A DNA stretch of 64,000 bases from Lepidodermella squamata. Taxonomy: Eukaryota > Animalia > Gastrotricha. Shown one piece after another: positions 33,701 through 46,228 of the stretch. Every line of letters begins with the position of its first letter. Position 1 is the first letter of the stretch. Position numbers and translations under genes: made by a program. The notes beneath the pieces were generated by a model, which saw nothing but the letters and a program-made list of their open reading frames with translations, searched no databases and was not told where the DNA came from. The stretch is from NCBI GenBank assembly GCA_047495785.1, contig JBLDXI010000004.1, forward strand, positions 2,232,001 to 2,296,000, in the 5' to 3' direction.

Positions 33701-36700
33701 TCCCATAAGTAACGCATGCAAAGAAAATACACGGTTCAGAAAATTTAAAATGAGAGGCGAAGTCACACCTCGTGGCCAGAAAATTTGTAGAAAAATTCAA
33801 AATATCACACGAAAGCAAGTATGCGTCACTTTAAATGGGATTAAAAATTCTGGAGAAATTGGTCCAACCCGGTAAAATACCGAAAATTACCGAACCAGTT
33901 ACCATCGGGGTTTTCCGGGATTTCTCCAATAAATCTTTTATTTTATCGCGGTTAAATCGCCGATAAAAGATGGAAATTCTCTCGGTAGGTTTAATTTAAT
34001 AAAATTAATTAATTTCCTATTAAAAGTTGCTAAATTAAAAAATAGTTGCGCAAATTCTGGGACACTCTATATTTAGCCACCTTAATATCGATTTTGTCTC
34101 CATGAAACGATATTTTCATGCTTTCCGATAATGTTAATATGGCTAATACAGGTTTTTTTTTAATTTCAAATCGGCCGCCTCAGGGCGGAAAAATGAGCCG
34201 CAAGATGAGACATGCGCTGAGCTTAAAATTAGGTAAAAAAACAGGGACTGGTCGAGGGTCGAGGGTCGAGACACCTCACACTGTGTCCATCATTGTGGAA
34301 CCACTGGTAAGTTGAACCTTGGCGCGCACGCTGATTGGTCAATTTATCGTTGCTAATGACTCCGGAATGAAACATTTCCGTCCTGCGATCCACTAATAAA
34401 TTATTTCATATTTATGAAAAAAATGACCTTGCCACACCCCCTACCCGGTTTCCATTGACCACGAGCGTAAACTCCATATTAATTGTGGTAAATTGCTGCG
34501 GCAAAAAACACTTGTTGCAAAAAATCTTATGGATCGCACGACAGAACGTTTCATCCGGGAGTCATAGCAACGATCGATTGACCAATCAGCGTGCGCATTG
34601 GATTGGACTTTTAAGTGGTCACACAATGATAATATTAGCCATGGAGGTACAGCCATTGGCCGTGGCCCGTAATTTTGGGTTGGCGGAGTCTGGTAATAAT
34701 GAGCCAGGCGGCGCCCGCCGTTGCCGGTCGAAATTAATTTCAAGATGAATCAGAAAATATTATTCTTCTGGCTGTAGATAATAGTCAAAAAAGCCGAAAT
34801 AGCAAAAACAAAAATAGCAACAAAAACAAAGAAGCATTTGCGTACCATACATAACCAGCTAACATTACCAGGAGCGCGTATACCAGGTACCAGGTAGGTA
34901 CCATAATCGGCGGGGAGAAAAATCGGCTTTAGTCGCATTAAATGCACAAAATTACCGCCGGTTTCAATGTTACTAAAAATTTTGTTGAATTTAGGGTTAT
35001 TAAGTTTTCGAAAATTTAGGGAAAAATCGCATGGAACCGTGAAAAATGCAGCGTGGCATTGCGGGACTTTCCATAGATATATTAAAAAAGGAAAAAATCC
35101 ATTGAAACTACCCACACGTCGGATGAAGGAATGCCTAATAAATGGTAAGAGCTGACTTTTCACCTGAGTGGAAAGAAATTGAGGTTTTAAAATATGTGTA
35201 GTCCCAGTCTTTAAATTTCGCGTCGAAAATCTCACTCAGAAAAAATCAGCACTGTTTGTGTGACAAGCTTATGGCATTTACTGTCTTTGAGTTTAATTTA
35301 AAAGCGATTAAGAGTCACGTGACTAGTGTGGCTGTGTTAATGACGCAACAATGAAGGCAGGCGCCCTTCTAAACGGAGGGCCGTGATTTTTTTTGGAATT
35401 CTCCTTAAATAGAGGTGATTTTCTCGGTCAGTTTGTAAAATTTTCGAATTTTGAACATATCCTAAGATTCCTCTGCTCTTACATTATAATATCACTTAGG
35501 AATAGCTTCAGAATACATTTTACCATTAAAATGCAGGCTGAAATACCTGTAATATATGCCCATTTTGAGGATTGTTCTGGTTGCTTGTTGACCATTGTCT
35601 AGCGATTTTAAGCGTTTTTAACCGGATTTTCGAGCGATATATTGTTGCTAGCAGTCGTGGCAATTAGATTGTCGAGAAAAAACGGATGCCGAAGCATTAA
35701 AACTGGCAGAAATTTACCTTTGACGTAAGTGAAAAAGCAATAAAAACTGCCTTTTTCACGCACAAATTTTCAATCTGTGCGCTGCCCATGTGTTTTTTTA
35801 AATTATCGATGAGTGAGAATTTTGCACAATGCTTTTTTGCGAGAGAGTAATTTTGTGCATGTGCGAAGCAAGTTTTGACAATTTTTCAGATTTTAGATTT
35901 TAGAACATAGAATTTTGTTAGAAATGCCCAACTTTACAAAATTCATTCGCCTGGCATCAAGGGTATAGATCCTGAAATCAAGGGTATAGATCTACATTCC
36001 GATAAATATTCCTAGGTAATTCAAACTATCTTCGGTTAATTCAAAGTTTTAATTTTAATTTTGAATTTATTGATTTTCGAATTATTTTTATGAAATTCCC
36101 CGGCAACTTGCATTTGCGTCCATCCGTTCGGTTTATGTTTTATCAATAAGTTTTAACCTTTGAAGCTGTTCAGTATTGATTGCCAGCGACGCCAGAAATT
36201 TTAGATGGTTTATTCAATTATTATTATTTTTATTGCACCGAATTTATCAGTTTCGTCTCTAATATTCGTCTGACCCCATTGGTTATGGCATCTGGCTATG
36301 GCATATTAAGTCTAGATTTTGACAGCGTGACAATTCTTTACACTTGCCAATACCAGGAAGCTGAAAATTCCTGCGAATGACCGGAATGAATCAGTACAAT
36401 TTTAACCATTATTTTAGTTAGAACTATAAATTATTTGTATATTTTATCGCGGTTTTTGCGAAAAATTGTCAACGGACATGTTAAATTGCTTCAGCCTCCG
36501 ACAGTTGCATTGCTTCGGGGGTCCACGTAAAATTAATTGCCTTTCACGCTTGCAGCTGAAATTGTTACATGCTATTTTAAAAGAAATTTTTTTGAATTTT
36601 TTTCAAAATTTGCCTTCCATTTTTTCTACGTGGCTTTGCTGACGTTTTTGGTCTTCATGTCATAGCTCATCCCATTTGATCCACGGATAATTTCTGCTGC

Positions 36701-39700
36701 CAGCCGCCGCAGCTGACCAGGTCATACGTTGAGGCCGTGACCTAATTATGCCGCCGTAAAAGGTGTAATAATCCGCGAACTCGTTTTATTACTGCTGTTT
36801 TATTACTTGTCAGGTCATGATGTTTGTTTGTGTGTGCGTGTAGAAAGAACCGATTTTCCTCGTCGACCTCCTGCGCTATGCAATTTCAGCATCCGTAGAT
36901 TTCCATTAAAATATTAAATATTTCGATAATTTTTGAGTTTTAATTTTATTGTTATTCTAGACCACCAGATTAGCATTTAATTATTATTGTGTTATTCACT
37001 CCCGCCCGTGGCTGCCCCAATTTTCGGCATTATTTGTCCTTCATCGGTCACTGCTTGCCTGGCTGCTAATACTTGGTACGTTTTACCTTCTGCTTCCACA
37101 GGATTGAGGTGGGGGGAAGAATCAAATCAAATCATTACCCATTTTGTTGTGAGACAGAATTTCCGAGCTATCACTTTTTTTCCCGGATTTTTTCCTGAAA
37201 ATATTGAGGAATTTTTGCGACATGGGAATTTATTGATAACATCGAAATATAATTCGTGTCAAATTCGTAATTTCTTCTGCTGCAATTATCGGTGCACCCG
37301 ATGGAGCCCGTTCACTCGCGGGTAATTTCGCGATAGCTAAGGTGAACAGAATTTCAAGTTTCGTTGGTTTTTCGATTTTTCCAATTTTTCATCTGTTATA
37401 TTAGTAAATTTATCAATTTAAGAAGTAGTCAGCCTAGTGAATAGCCATGATTGAACTGGTATCTGGAAATTCGCCGGAGCGTTGTGTTGATCGCCGATGA
37501 TCACCTGCATTTTGTTATTTTATTTCAATTTTCCGGTATTTTTTTATATTCCCGCAATTTTTTGTTCTCAGACCGCTCGCGTCCTTAATTTGTAGCGTGC
37601 ATGAAAATGTAAGTAATGGAGATCATTGTGGCTCGGAGATGACGCAAGATCAGATTGTTCTCGACTTAGTTTCATAAAACCCCTGTTACACAACAGAGGA
37701 AAGCGTTCCATATTAGCGATTTTATTCCTTCATTTCTCCATTATTTTCTATTTTCTATTAATTTCTCGAAATCGTTAGGCAGCTTTTGATGCAACGTCTC
37801 TACACTCACCTCTTTGCTGCAATGCAGTGCTGCAATGCGACTGCTACCTAATGCGGGTAACTTTTACCCACTCAGATGACCCACCTCAATGAATTATTTG
37901 TAGCTGCCGTTAATGCTGTTGCTCTAACCAGTCGCTCATCAACTTCGCCTCACCGCGACTACATGTCGGATTGCTCGGATTGAATTATTGGATAATTCCA
38001 ACAATCGTGTTCAATCAAATTTCGGATTATTTTTGATATCAGTTCAGACTTGGCTTGCGTTAGAAATGAAATATTTGTGTGGCATGGTTAATAAAATATT
38101 GCCCCATCATTGGGCGTCCAAAGGCTTATGACTTTTAATTTTGCAACCAGCATTGATGATACTTGATTAATTGCTCGGAGCAGGTAAATTTAATTTGCGC
38201 ATGATTTGGCTGATGGTAATCGAATCCGGAGGGACAGTATAGGCCACTAATTTTGAACGCCAACATTCCATAAATCACGGTCTAGCATTTCAAGATTTGC
38301 CCGTAAAAGTTTTTCGAATTTTGCAGCAAAGAATCTACGAGGGCAAAAATCTGAGAGCACATTTCAGTTGAGCTATTGTTTATAAAATTCAAGAGAATAA
38401 GCGCCACGTCTTGCTGTTTTTTGACCCAAAGTAGGAAAATCTCATTTGTTCCCGTCATGCTTCATCTAAGAAAAATTCTTATCAAATCCAGGTAATGCCT
38501 AGGAATATTCGCGAATAAATATTGAGACTTCCCGATTGGTTATCACCGTTTTAATCATAAAGAAAGAAATGAGTTGGAAAAAGCAGGAGTTTTTGTAACT
38601 CCATGGGTAATTCAGCTAAAGTATTTAGTTTACATATCCTGGGATATATTTTTGCTAACCGGAATTATTTCATTTTTTCTAACTTTTTTTCATTTTTTTC
38701 ATTTTTTATTAGATTCTTGAATCTGACGGTCCTTCATGTTTCATTCCTTCATCCGGCTGTTGTTAAGGCGCCGCGGTTTTCATGCATCCGTCGCCTTGAT
38801 GGAGTGATCATCAGTCCGAAAATCTGCTCCCCGAATCAAATATGCGTTCAAAGTCCTGCTGAAAAATTTCGAATCGAACGGCTGGTAGCCAGGAGGCGCT
38901 GGCTACAACACTGTGCATCTGTTAAACTCAACTTGTTGCAATCGCTTATCGCGTACTTTGACGGCATCTCATTTTCGAAATAGCCTGTCGATCGAATGCT
39001 ATTGTCCCGATGTTTTGTCAGATCGGTCGCTATTTCGCATCTCGTTATCGCTGGAAAGAAATGATTTCTTCTGGAACTCTCGAACTGATTCAGCTCAGAA
39101 TGCAGTGATCACAAGCCGAATCACTCCTGGAACCATTCACAAAGGTTAGAAAAGTTGAAAATATTTTCTCCTATATCGGGAAATTTTATAAAAAATTCGG
39201 GTTCGATTCGGGTTTGTCGATGTCTAAGCGCGATTTCAGGGTGAGAAATTTTTGTAAACCTCTGCTGAGCATGGTTTCGCATTTTTACCGAAAATAAATT
39301 CCAACACTGTGATAATGATTTTCCTAAAATTTGAAAAATGCAAAAAATATAAATCAGTTTTTGATTTCTAATTTTTCTTTCTTGAAAGTTTCATTTTCTA
39401 GAAATTCACGATTTGATCCATAAGTACCCCAGTTGCTGCTCATCCCAAATAGTAGCCCAGGGTTGAGGGGTCAAGTCGGTTCGACGACATTACAAATTAA
39501 CGATTCAACTGACATTAGTTTTCGAATTTTTTAAATTTTATCGAAAATTTATGTTGAAACTGAAGCGCAGTTTTCACCTAGCCTTGCAGTCCGAAATATT
39601 GAAACGATTTTTTTTCCGAAATCAGACAAAGTATCAAGAGTATCACTGTTTTTCCGGAGCCATTTTTCAGCGTGAGATGCCCCCTCAAATTTAGAAAAAA

Positions 39701-39825
39701 AAAACACATGTATGGCAGATAAATCCTAACTGCTTGCCCTATGACACATAAAGTTGAGAACTAAGAATAGCTATTGTTTCTAGTTTATATATTGTATTAT
39801 ATCAAGGTGCTAATGAGCTAGTGTG

Positions 39826-40557
39826 CTACTTGTTATTATACAAGTGGTAATGTAAAATTCGGCACGAGTCCTTTACTACAGAAAGAACAATATCGTTCAA
39901 CAAGGATTTATTAAGGTTAAGTTTGTTAAAAAGTTCGATTAGTCCACGCGTAACAGTTCCGCGCGCTCCGACGAATACTCCGCTGACTTCAATTGATTTG
40001 AGTTTGTATACGTCCATCAGATACGGCACACATGGTAGATAGTGGTCGCGTTTTACTCTGTCTGCATCTTCAAACTGCGTTGCTGAGTTCTCGATCCTGA
40101 TCGTCGGATCAAGAATGATGCCAAACTTCGTTTTCGGATCATATGCAATGATGTCCACGCGTTTCCATGATCCCCCTTCCTGCATTACCTGCACCTCTTC
40201 ATGTGCCTTCATGCCGTTTTTCCGCAAGGCTGTGGCAATCATGGATCGGACCTTGTCATGGCGGTTGTTGATCATCAGTTTGTTGTGTTCACATGAGCCA
40301 AGAACGTGTCCCAGAGTTTCTTTCTCAGCACCGCAAGAGCGGCACTGGGTTCCGTCGCTCACGTTACTTACCAACTTGCTGCTTCTAACAGCCACCATTC
40401 GGGTCGACATCTTCAGGGCCGTGGTGTATTCGCTAGACGAGAGGCCGGTTTTGTTGATAATGAGATTGTTTCCAGCAGGGTAGTCTTTGAAAAGTACCGC
40501 CCCCTTTCCACTAGGCTTCTCACACCATTCGTCAAAACAGCGTTCCCGTTTCAGCTG
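39826..40557 (-). mobile_element. 5'-truncated non-LTR retrotransposon with restriction-like endonuclease (R2/NeSL/R4-type), C-terminal ORF fragment
   Basis: CCHC knuckle CRSCGAEKETLGHVLGSC, RHD motif, KRVDIIAYD...DPTIR...KRDHY endonuclease motifs; frame stays open upstream to ~40557 (ERCFDEWCEKPSGKGAVLF); no RT domain. Confidence 0.88.
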
Positions 40558-40709
40558 TAAAAATGTCTTGTTTTAGTTATTTTCCGAATTTTAGTTTAAT
40601 TTTTTCAACTGGCTTTACAATTAGCTGAACTCGCATCCTTTGAAAAAGATGAATGGCGCATGATTGTTGAAAATTATGAATTTTTCGGAAAAAGCAGAAT
40701 CTTCAACTG

Positions 40710-40811
40710 TGGAGGTGGGTAAGGATCAATCTTCAATCTTTGCCTACCTTCGCCCTCTTCAAAACCGGAAACGGTATAAGGACGTACAGTCTAGGAGAGG
40801 CTAAATGAAAC

Positions 40812-40846
<35 letters not shown>
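40710..40846 (+). mobile_element. Short retroposon-like insertion ending in a (TAT)n tail
   Basis: (TAT) x~12 at 40812-40847; TTCAACTG direct repeat at 40702-40709 and 40847-40854 as a candidate TSD. Confidence 0.5.
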
Positions 40847-40850
<4 letters not shown>

Positions 40851-41490
40851 ACTGGTGAAATTGTTAGGAATGGCCAGGTGATTTTTGGCCTCAACATCGA
40901 TGTCTGAGATTATTTAGTTAGCAACGTTTCAGTCTAAAATTGTGGAGTATTGTTTTGGCAGTTGATGGAACAAATAAAACAAAATGAAGGAAAATGACCT
41001 AGTTATACTTCAATTTCTCATCGTGGATTTTTATTAGCTCTTGGTATGAAAAATCAAATTTCCTGAAAACGTTGTTCTATTTAACTTTTGGAAGCTGTTG
41101 CCTTGGTTTATTTCGGAATGCAAAAAATTTCCTAATATTTTATCAGTTCCTTTATTATTCAAATTGCGGAAAAAATATCACCGTGTTCCTCCTGAAGATA
41201 TCTATCTGATGACATTTGGTTTTTTATACTCTGGCCATTATCGCTAATCGACGGTTGGAATTTTGATTTTTTCGATTTTAAGCCTTCAAGAAATAGATAA
41301 GTCAGCAGACGATCTAGCGCCCATGTTCAGAATTGATGAACGCCGAAAATATAATCTAGCCTAAAAAGTTTCGATTTTAGTTTGATTTGAGGGATAATCA
41401 GGGCCGACAAAAATTTAATGAAAGACCAGTCATACCTTTGTGGCTGGTCCACAAAATCCGGACGAAATTCCGGTTTCTTTGCCAGAAAAT

Positions 41491-43843
41491 TATGGACATT
41501 TTCGTATGAGTCTCGAACTTCTCAATTAGTATTAATTCACGAAACAGCCTATATCATTTTATATATAGCTGTTTTGTCTTATTTTCAGATGATTTTTCAA
41601 TTATTCGAGTCGATTGAAAAGTGGGACATTCTCGCGCTCAGCACCTACCTGCGAGCGTGGCCTTCGCACCGTGCATCAATACGACTACGGCGAGCGTGAC
41701 ATAACAAAACCAATGTCGACAACCACTGGCCCTTGCAACTCGAGAAAGACGAGAGCGTGTTATCCTAGTAACAAGGATTGCTCGGGTTGACGAGGGAACT
41801 GGCTCCGATGTCATGCGTCGAGATCCAATCAGCATGTCCCATCCATGAATCGGTAAGAATTTCCTTATTCGTTTTTCATCTGATTGGCAAACTTATCAGA
41901 TTCAGAGGTAGATCCGCACGGTATATTCGTTCAGTGGAATTTTGCGCACGTATTATTTCCGCATGGAATAATGAGTGATGGGAATTTTGCGCGTAAATTC
42001 GTGCTAACGCCGGATAACTTGTCTAGGCGTTAAGGTCGCCCTGATCTAACGCTTAATTATGGCTATAATGTAGAGGAATTTTCCTAACGTCTCGTTAACG
42101 TGTAATAAATGCCTGGTTTTACGGTTGATAAGTCTTGGATGGGCTGAGTTTCAGGAATTATTTTGGCATTTTCTAAAAGCATTTCCAGGAATCTTTCGAC
42201 CAAGGCTTGATAATTCTTGACTATTCAAAAACCAGGTATTTTCTGCCGTTATTCACACATTTCCCCGTCAGACTAACGTTATGTCCGAAGGCATTTGCAG
42301 GCGTTAAAATAGATCCACCTTAACGCGTTAGCTTGCTTAGAGTGGTGTTGCGATGATTAACAAACTATTTTTGTCTGTGATCTCCATAGAGCTATTTTTA
42401 AGATAGAGGTCCTACTCCTGACTTGTTGGAAAAGTAAACAAATCAGGCGATTTTTTGATTCCCGATGTCTCATTCATATGGTAATTTCCTTGACGAAAAA
42501 TTTGGTGGTACCAGATAGCGCTTCAAATGGGGAACACTGCGATTATTTTTTCGAAATTTTCAGAGAAATTTAGAGCAGGTAAAAACAATTATTTGATTTC
42601 GAATAAATGGAAATTAACTAATAATTAGATCGAAAATCGAAATTGAAGCATGTTTCGAATTTAGTGGGTTATATCCTGATCACACTCTATTTTGATGCTT
42701 GGGGCGAGCTTGGACGATTTTTTTCTGATTTTCTATAATTTTATAAATTATTCTGCTTGGATTTTACATTATAAAAATCGAGATTGCCCGTTGGATTCAA
42801 TCCAGAATCTTTCTTGACAGCTTGTGCGCCACGTGTGGCTGAGTTGAGTCCGGAGCTGGAACGGAGTTCGAATGCAGTGAAAAGCCATTCATTCAACTAA
42901 TAAAAAAATTCCAGAAAATCAGGAAAAATTCGTCCAAGCTCTCTAAGCACTGAAATGTGGAGCTTGATCAGAACTACCTGGTCCGTTAAAAATACGCTTA
43001 AATTTCGCAGCTGTCATGTTTTATTATTGATTAATTTCCTTTTTATGCGATTTTTCCCATTTCAAAAAATATTTAAATTTCGGAAAAATAATCAATGTGC
43101 TCGTCGTTTCAAGAGCCATCTCGAACCGCCGGGTATGATTGATTGTAATCAATCGTTTACGAATAACGAGCGATCGAAACTCACCTGCTTTGTTTACTTT
43201 TCCAACCACTCGACGCTGATTCATCCATCCGGCGCCCATCGCGTTTACAGGCTTAGTAAGGAGTAGGACCTCTATCTTAAAACTAGCTCTATGGTGATCT
43301 CTCGTGCGAAAAAATCCTCTCTAAAATAAAAGTTGTGCGGAACATTCCGCTTAAATAATATTTCAGATATAAATTTAAAATTGTGGCTTCACGCGGAAAA
43401 TTCCACACAATTTGCGAGAAAAATATGGAACTTTTCGTATGCATCTCGAACTTCGGACTTCTCGACTAAAATTCCATCATGAAAAACCCCACGTAATTAA
43501 ACCTATTTTCTTTTATTTTCAGATGCCGTATTTCAATTTTCCGAGTCGATTGAAAAGTATTACATTCTCGCGCTCAACACAGTGAACAGCGAACGCTGCC
43601 TCCACAGAATGCGCCAGCACGACTACGGCGAGCGTGACAACAGTACCAGGGTCGCCAACCACCGGCGCCACCACCGGCCCAAGTAACCCATGAAAGAGGA
43701 TCGCGTGTTATTCGGGTGGCAGGAATGTTAATTGAATGATTGGTTGACGAGGGCGCTGGCTCTAGCATACGTCAAGATCTAGTCAACATGCCTCATCGAT
43801 GAATTGGTAAGAATTTGCTTATTTTTACCTGATGGGCAAAATT
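41491..43843 (+). repeat. Diverged direct duplication of an exon-like block (41491-41895 and 43424-43843)
   Basis: Shared TTTTCAG|ATG acceptor, GAGTCGATTGAAAAGT, CATTCTCGCGCTCA, ACGACTACGGCGAGCGTGACA and G|GTAAGAATTT donor. Confidence 0.8.
42385..43293. mobile_element. MITE with ~35-bp TIRs and 8-bp TSD (P-element- or hAT-like)
   Basis: TIR CATAGAGCTA(T/G)TTTTAAGATAGAGGTCCTACTCCT at both ends; TSD GTGATCTC at 42377-42384 and 43294-43301. Confidence 0.9.
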
Positions 43844-44335
43844 AGCAGCCGATTACCTTATCATTTATCATCGAAAAAAATGTGCTAGACCTTTGAGTTA
43901 CCATTTGCATCGAAAACACTCATTGTTTTTTAATGGTCTAATTTCAGCGGCATGCATGCCCGAAATTTCAGAATTTATTCCTTGATAGCTTTAATGAAAA
44001 TTTAGCGAAAATTCAGCTATTTATTATTAAAATTCCAGGATTACGGGCGTTTCTCCGATTGATTTCCGAAATTTGTGTATAGATCACCGAAGGTCGCCCA
44101 GAAATTTTTTACAGGAACAATCCGATGAAACCAGATTAAGTTAATTGAAAAACCATAGACGTAATTTCCGATTAATTCCGATCGAGTTTTAGTCGCGGTT
44201 TCCTCAGTTGTCTTGTTTGAGCTCCATCCTCATTCGATCCCCTCGCTATCAATTTTTCACTTTTTTCGCCCGCTCAGAAATATAGCATTCGTTTCAAAAA
44301 TATAGTGTTAGTAGGTATGCTCATGCAATATTTTT

Positions 44336-44473
44336 TGATACAGCACTCGTAAATCGTCTATATCTGAACTCGCCGTACTCGGTTTACTCATCTCCACTCG
44401 TCTTCGACTCGTTCCGATTCGTAAATCTCGGCCGGCTCCGTTCAGATATAGACTCTTTACTCGTGCTATATCA
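44336..44473. repeat. Imperfect palindromic (hairpin) element
   Basis: Arms TGATACAGCACTCGTAAATCGTCTATATCTGAAC and GTTCAGATATAGACTCTTTACTCGTGCTATATCA around a CTCGTCTTCGACTCG centre. Confidence 0.75.
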
Positions 44474-45796
44474 GACAAATATGAACGTCAAATAATCGGG
44501 AATAATTTACGGATTTTATGCTCACTTTTTTGCGGTCAATTTTCCCCTAATAATATGTTTTCAATGCTAAATGCCAACTTTCTGAACGCCTTGAAATCGA
44601 ATTGTATTGTTATGAATTGAGACCGACTATTTTTGGACACCCTAAACTCCATTTTGCCCTATGTTACTCAGGATAAATAACCCGCGATTATTCTAAATAG
44701 TTTTCTGATATTTAGCAATTCGGAATTGTTGTAATTTTTATCCTAAATAACCGGCCGTGCTAAATAGCGAACTTTTTTTATAGTGAAGCATTTTCCCGGT
44801 TTTCCCTGGTAAATGTTGTTATTCCTTCGGTGAAATTGCGGATCAAGGACGTGGCTGGGGGTTAATGAGAGGTCGAATAATTTAGAAAAATATTCAAATT
44901 TCCTGCGAAACTTTGAAATATTAGAAAGCTACCAACTTCGCTATGAAAAACGCCGTGAAGAGCGGCATACCTTAATTAGATCTTAGATGAAATCGAACTA
45001 TTTTTTTCCGCTCGCTGTTTTTTTTAATAAGACATGAGTTCAGAGATTTTAAGGTAGATTTTATACAATTTGAAGACCTAATGTTAGCCTTGGAGCATCG
45101 ATACTCTACAATCACTTTAAATTTTAAATTAAGAACTTTCTGTGTTGATTTTTCCAATTTATTGTTTTTCATCGTTCTTTATAGATGGCGGGTCGCTATC
45201 CGACGCCGTTGAAAATTGGGACATGTCCACCTCAACATCGTTGCCATCTAGAGTGGGCACAAATCGCAGTGTGGCCTAGCAACGCAAAAGCGGAAGCAGG
45301 CCCCTATGTCCGCAAGTTTTCTGCTCAGCCGGATTTGAAATCGAATGGCGACCCGATCAAGATTCTGGCTGTGATATCAGACGCCAATTTTCGTCGGCAT
45401 CGATCAATGACCTATCGGTAATTATTTCCTCTGTTTTTTTCAGGCTTCTTGAATTTGAAAATTTTCATTTTGAATTTTCAAAAATTGCAAATTTGAAACA
45501 AATCGGTATTTCATTTTGTCATCGCTCGGTCGTTTTTAGGACACATTTCGAGAAAGGTGATCACTAATAATTAGCCTTAGAATTAAAATAATTGGAAGGC
45601 TTCGAGAATTTTTCCTTTAGAATTTTAGAATCATATAGGCATGGCGTTAAACACCTTTTCCCGTGAGTAGACAGTCTATACTAATATTATGTCGTATGTA
45701 AAGAATTGATCAACGTCGAAAAAATAATCTAGCCGCAATTAAATAATTCAGACCCATGAATATTTTTTTCCCGGGTAGATTGGCCTGATCGGTTTA

Positions 45797-46228
45797 CCGT
45801 ATTTTACGAATTATAAGACCCTGCCCTGTACTTTTTTAAACGAGGTACAAGTCCTGCCCTGTATTTAGGGTCTGCCCTTTAATTTTTGGAACCTAATCAG
45901 CCATCTGAAGAGTACTGGCATTAACTGTTAAAACAGCCGAGTAACAGCTATAGCTACTGCTTTCCACTTTCCTCCTGTGACTACACGCGTGAAGTGTGTG
46001 CTCAAGTGGATTAAGGTGGATAAAGGACGATTAGTGCTACTGACGAAAAATCGCAACCTATCCAACTTTAACCACTTACCCAGCAGGCGCTCATGTAAGC
46101 CACTTCATACAAGGCCCTGCCTATTAATACGGTTCTGCCCTTTATTATTTCAAATGACCATTACCCTCTGCCCTTTATTCCGGTTCTGCCCTATATTTGG
46201 GTCCTGCCTAATAATTCGTAAAATACGG
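45797..46228. mobile_element. Tc1/mariner-pogo-like MITE
   Basis: Perfect 18-bp TIR CCGTATTTTACGAATTAT / ATAATTCGTAAAATACGG flanked by TA; subterminal CTGCCC repeats. Confidence 0.85.

Noticed and set aside
33530-39149. Numerous 60-160-aa ORFs on both strands
   Set aside because: Overlapping, low-complexity F/K/I-rich translations with no recognisable motifs or consistent exon chain
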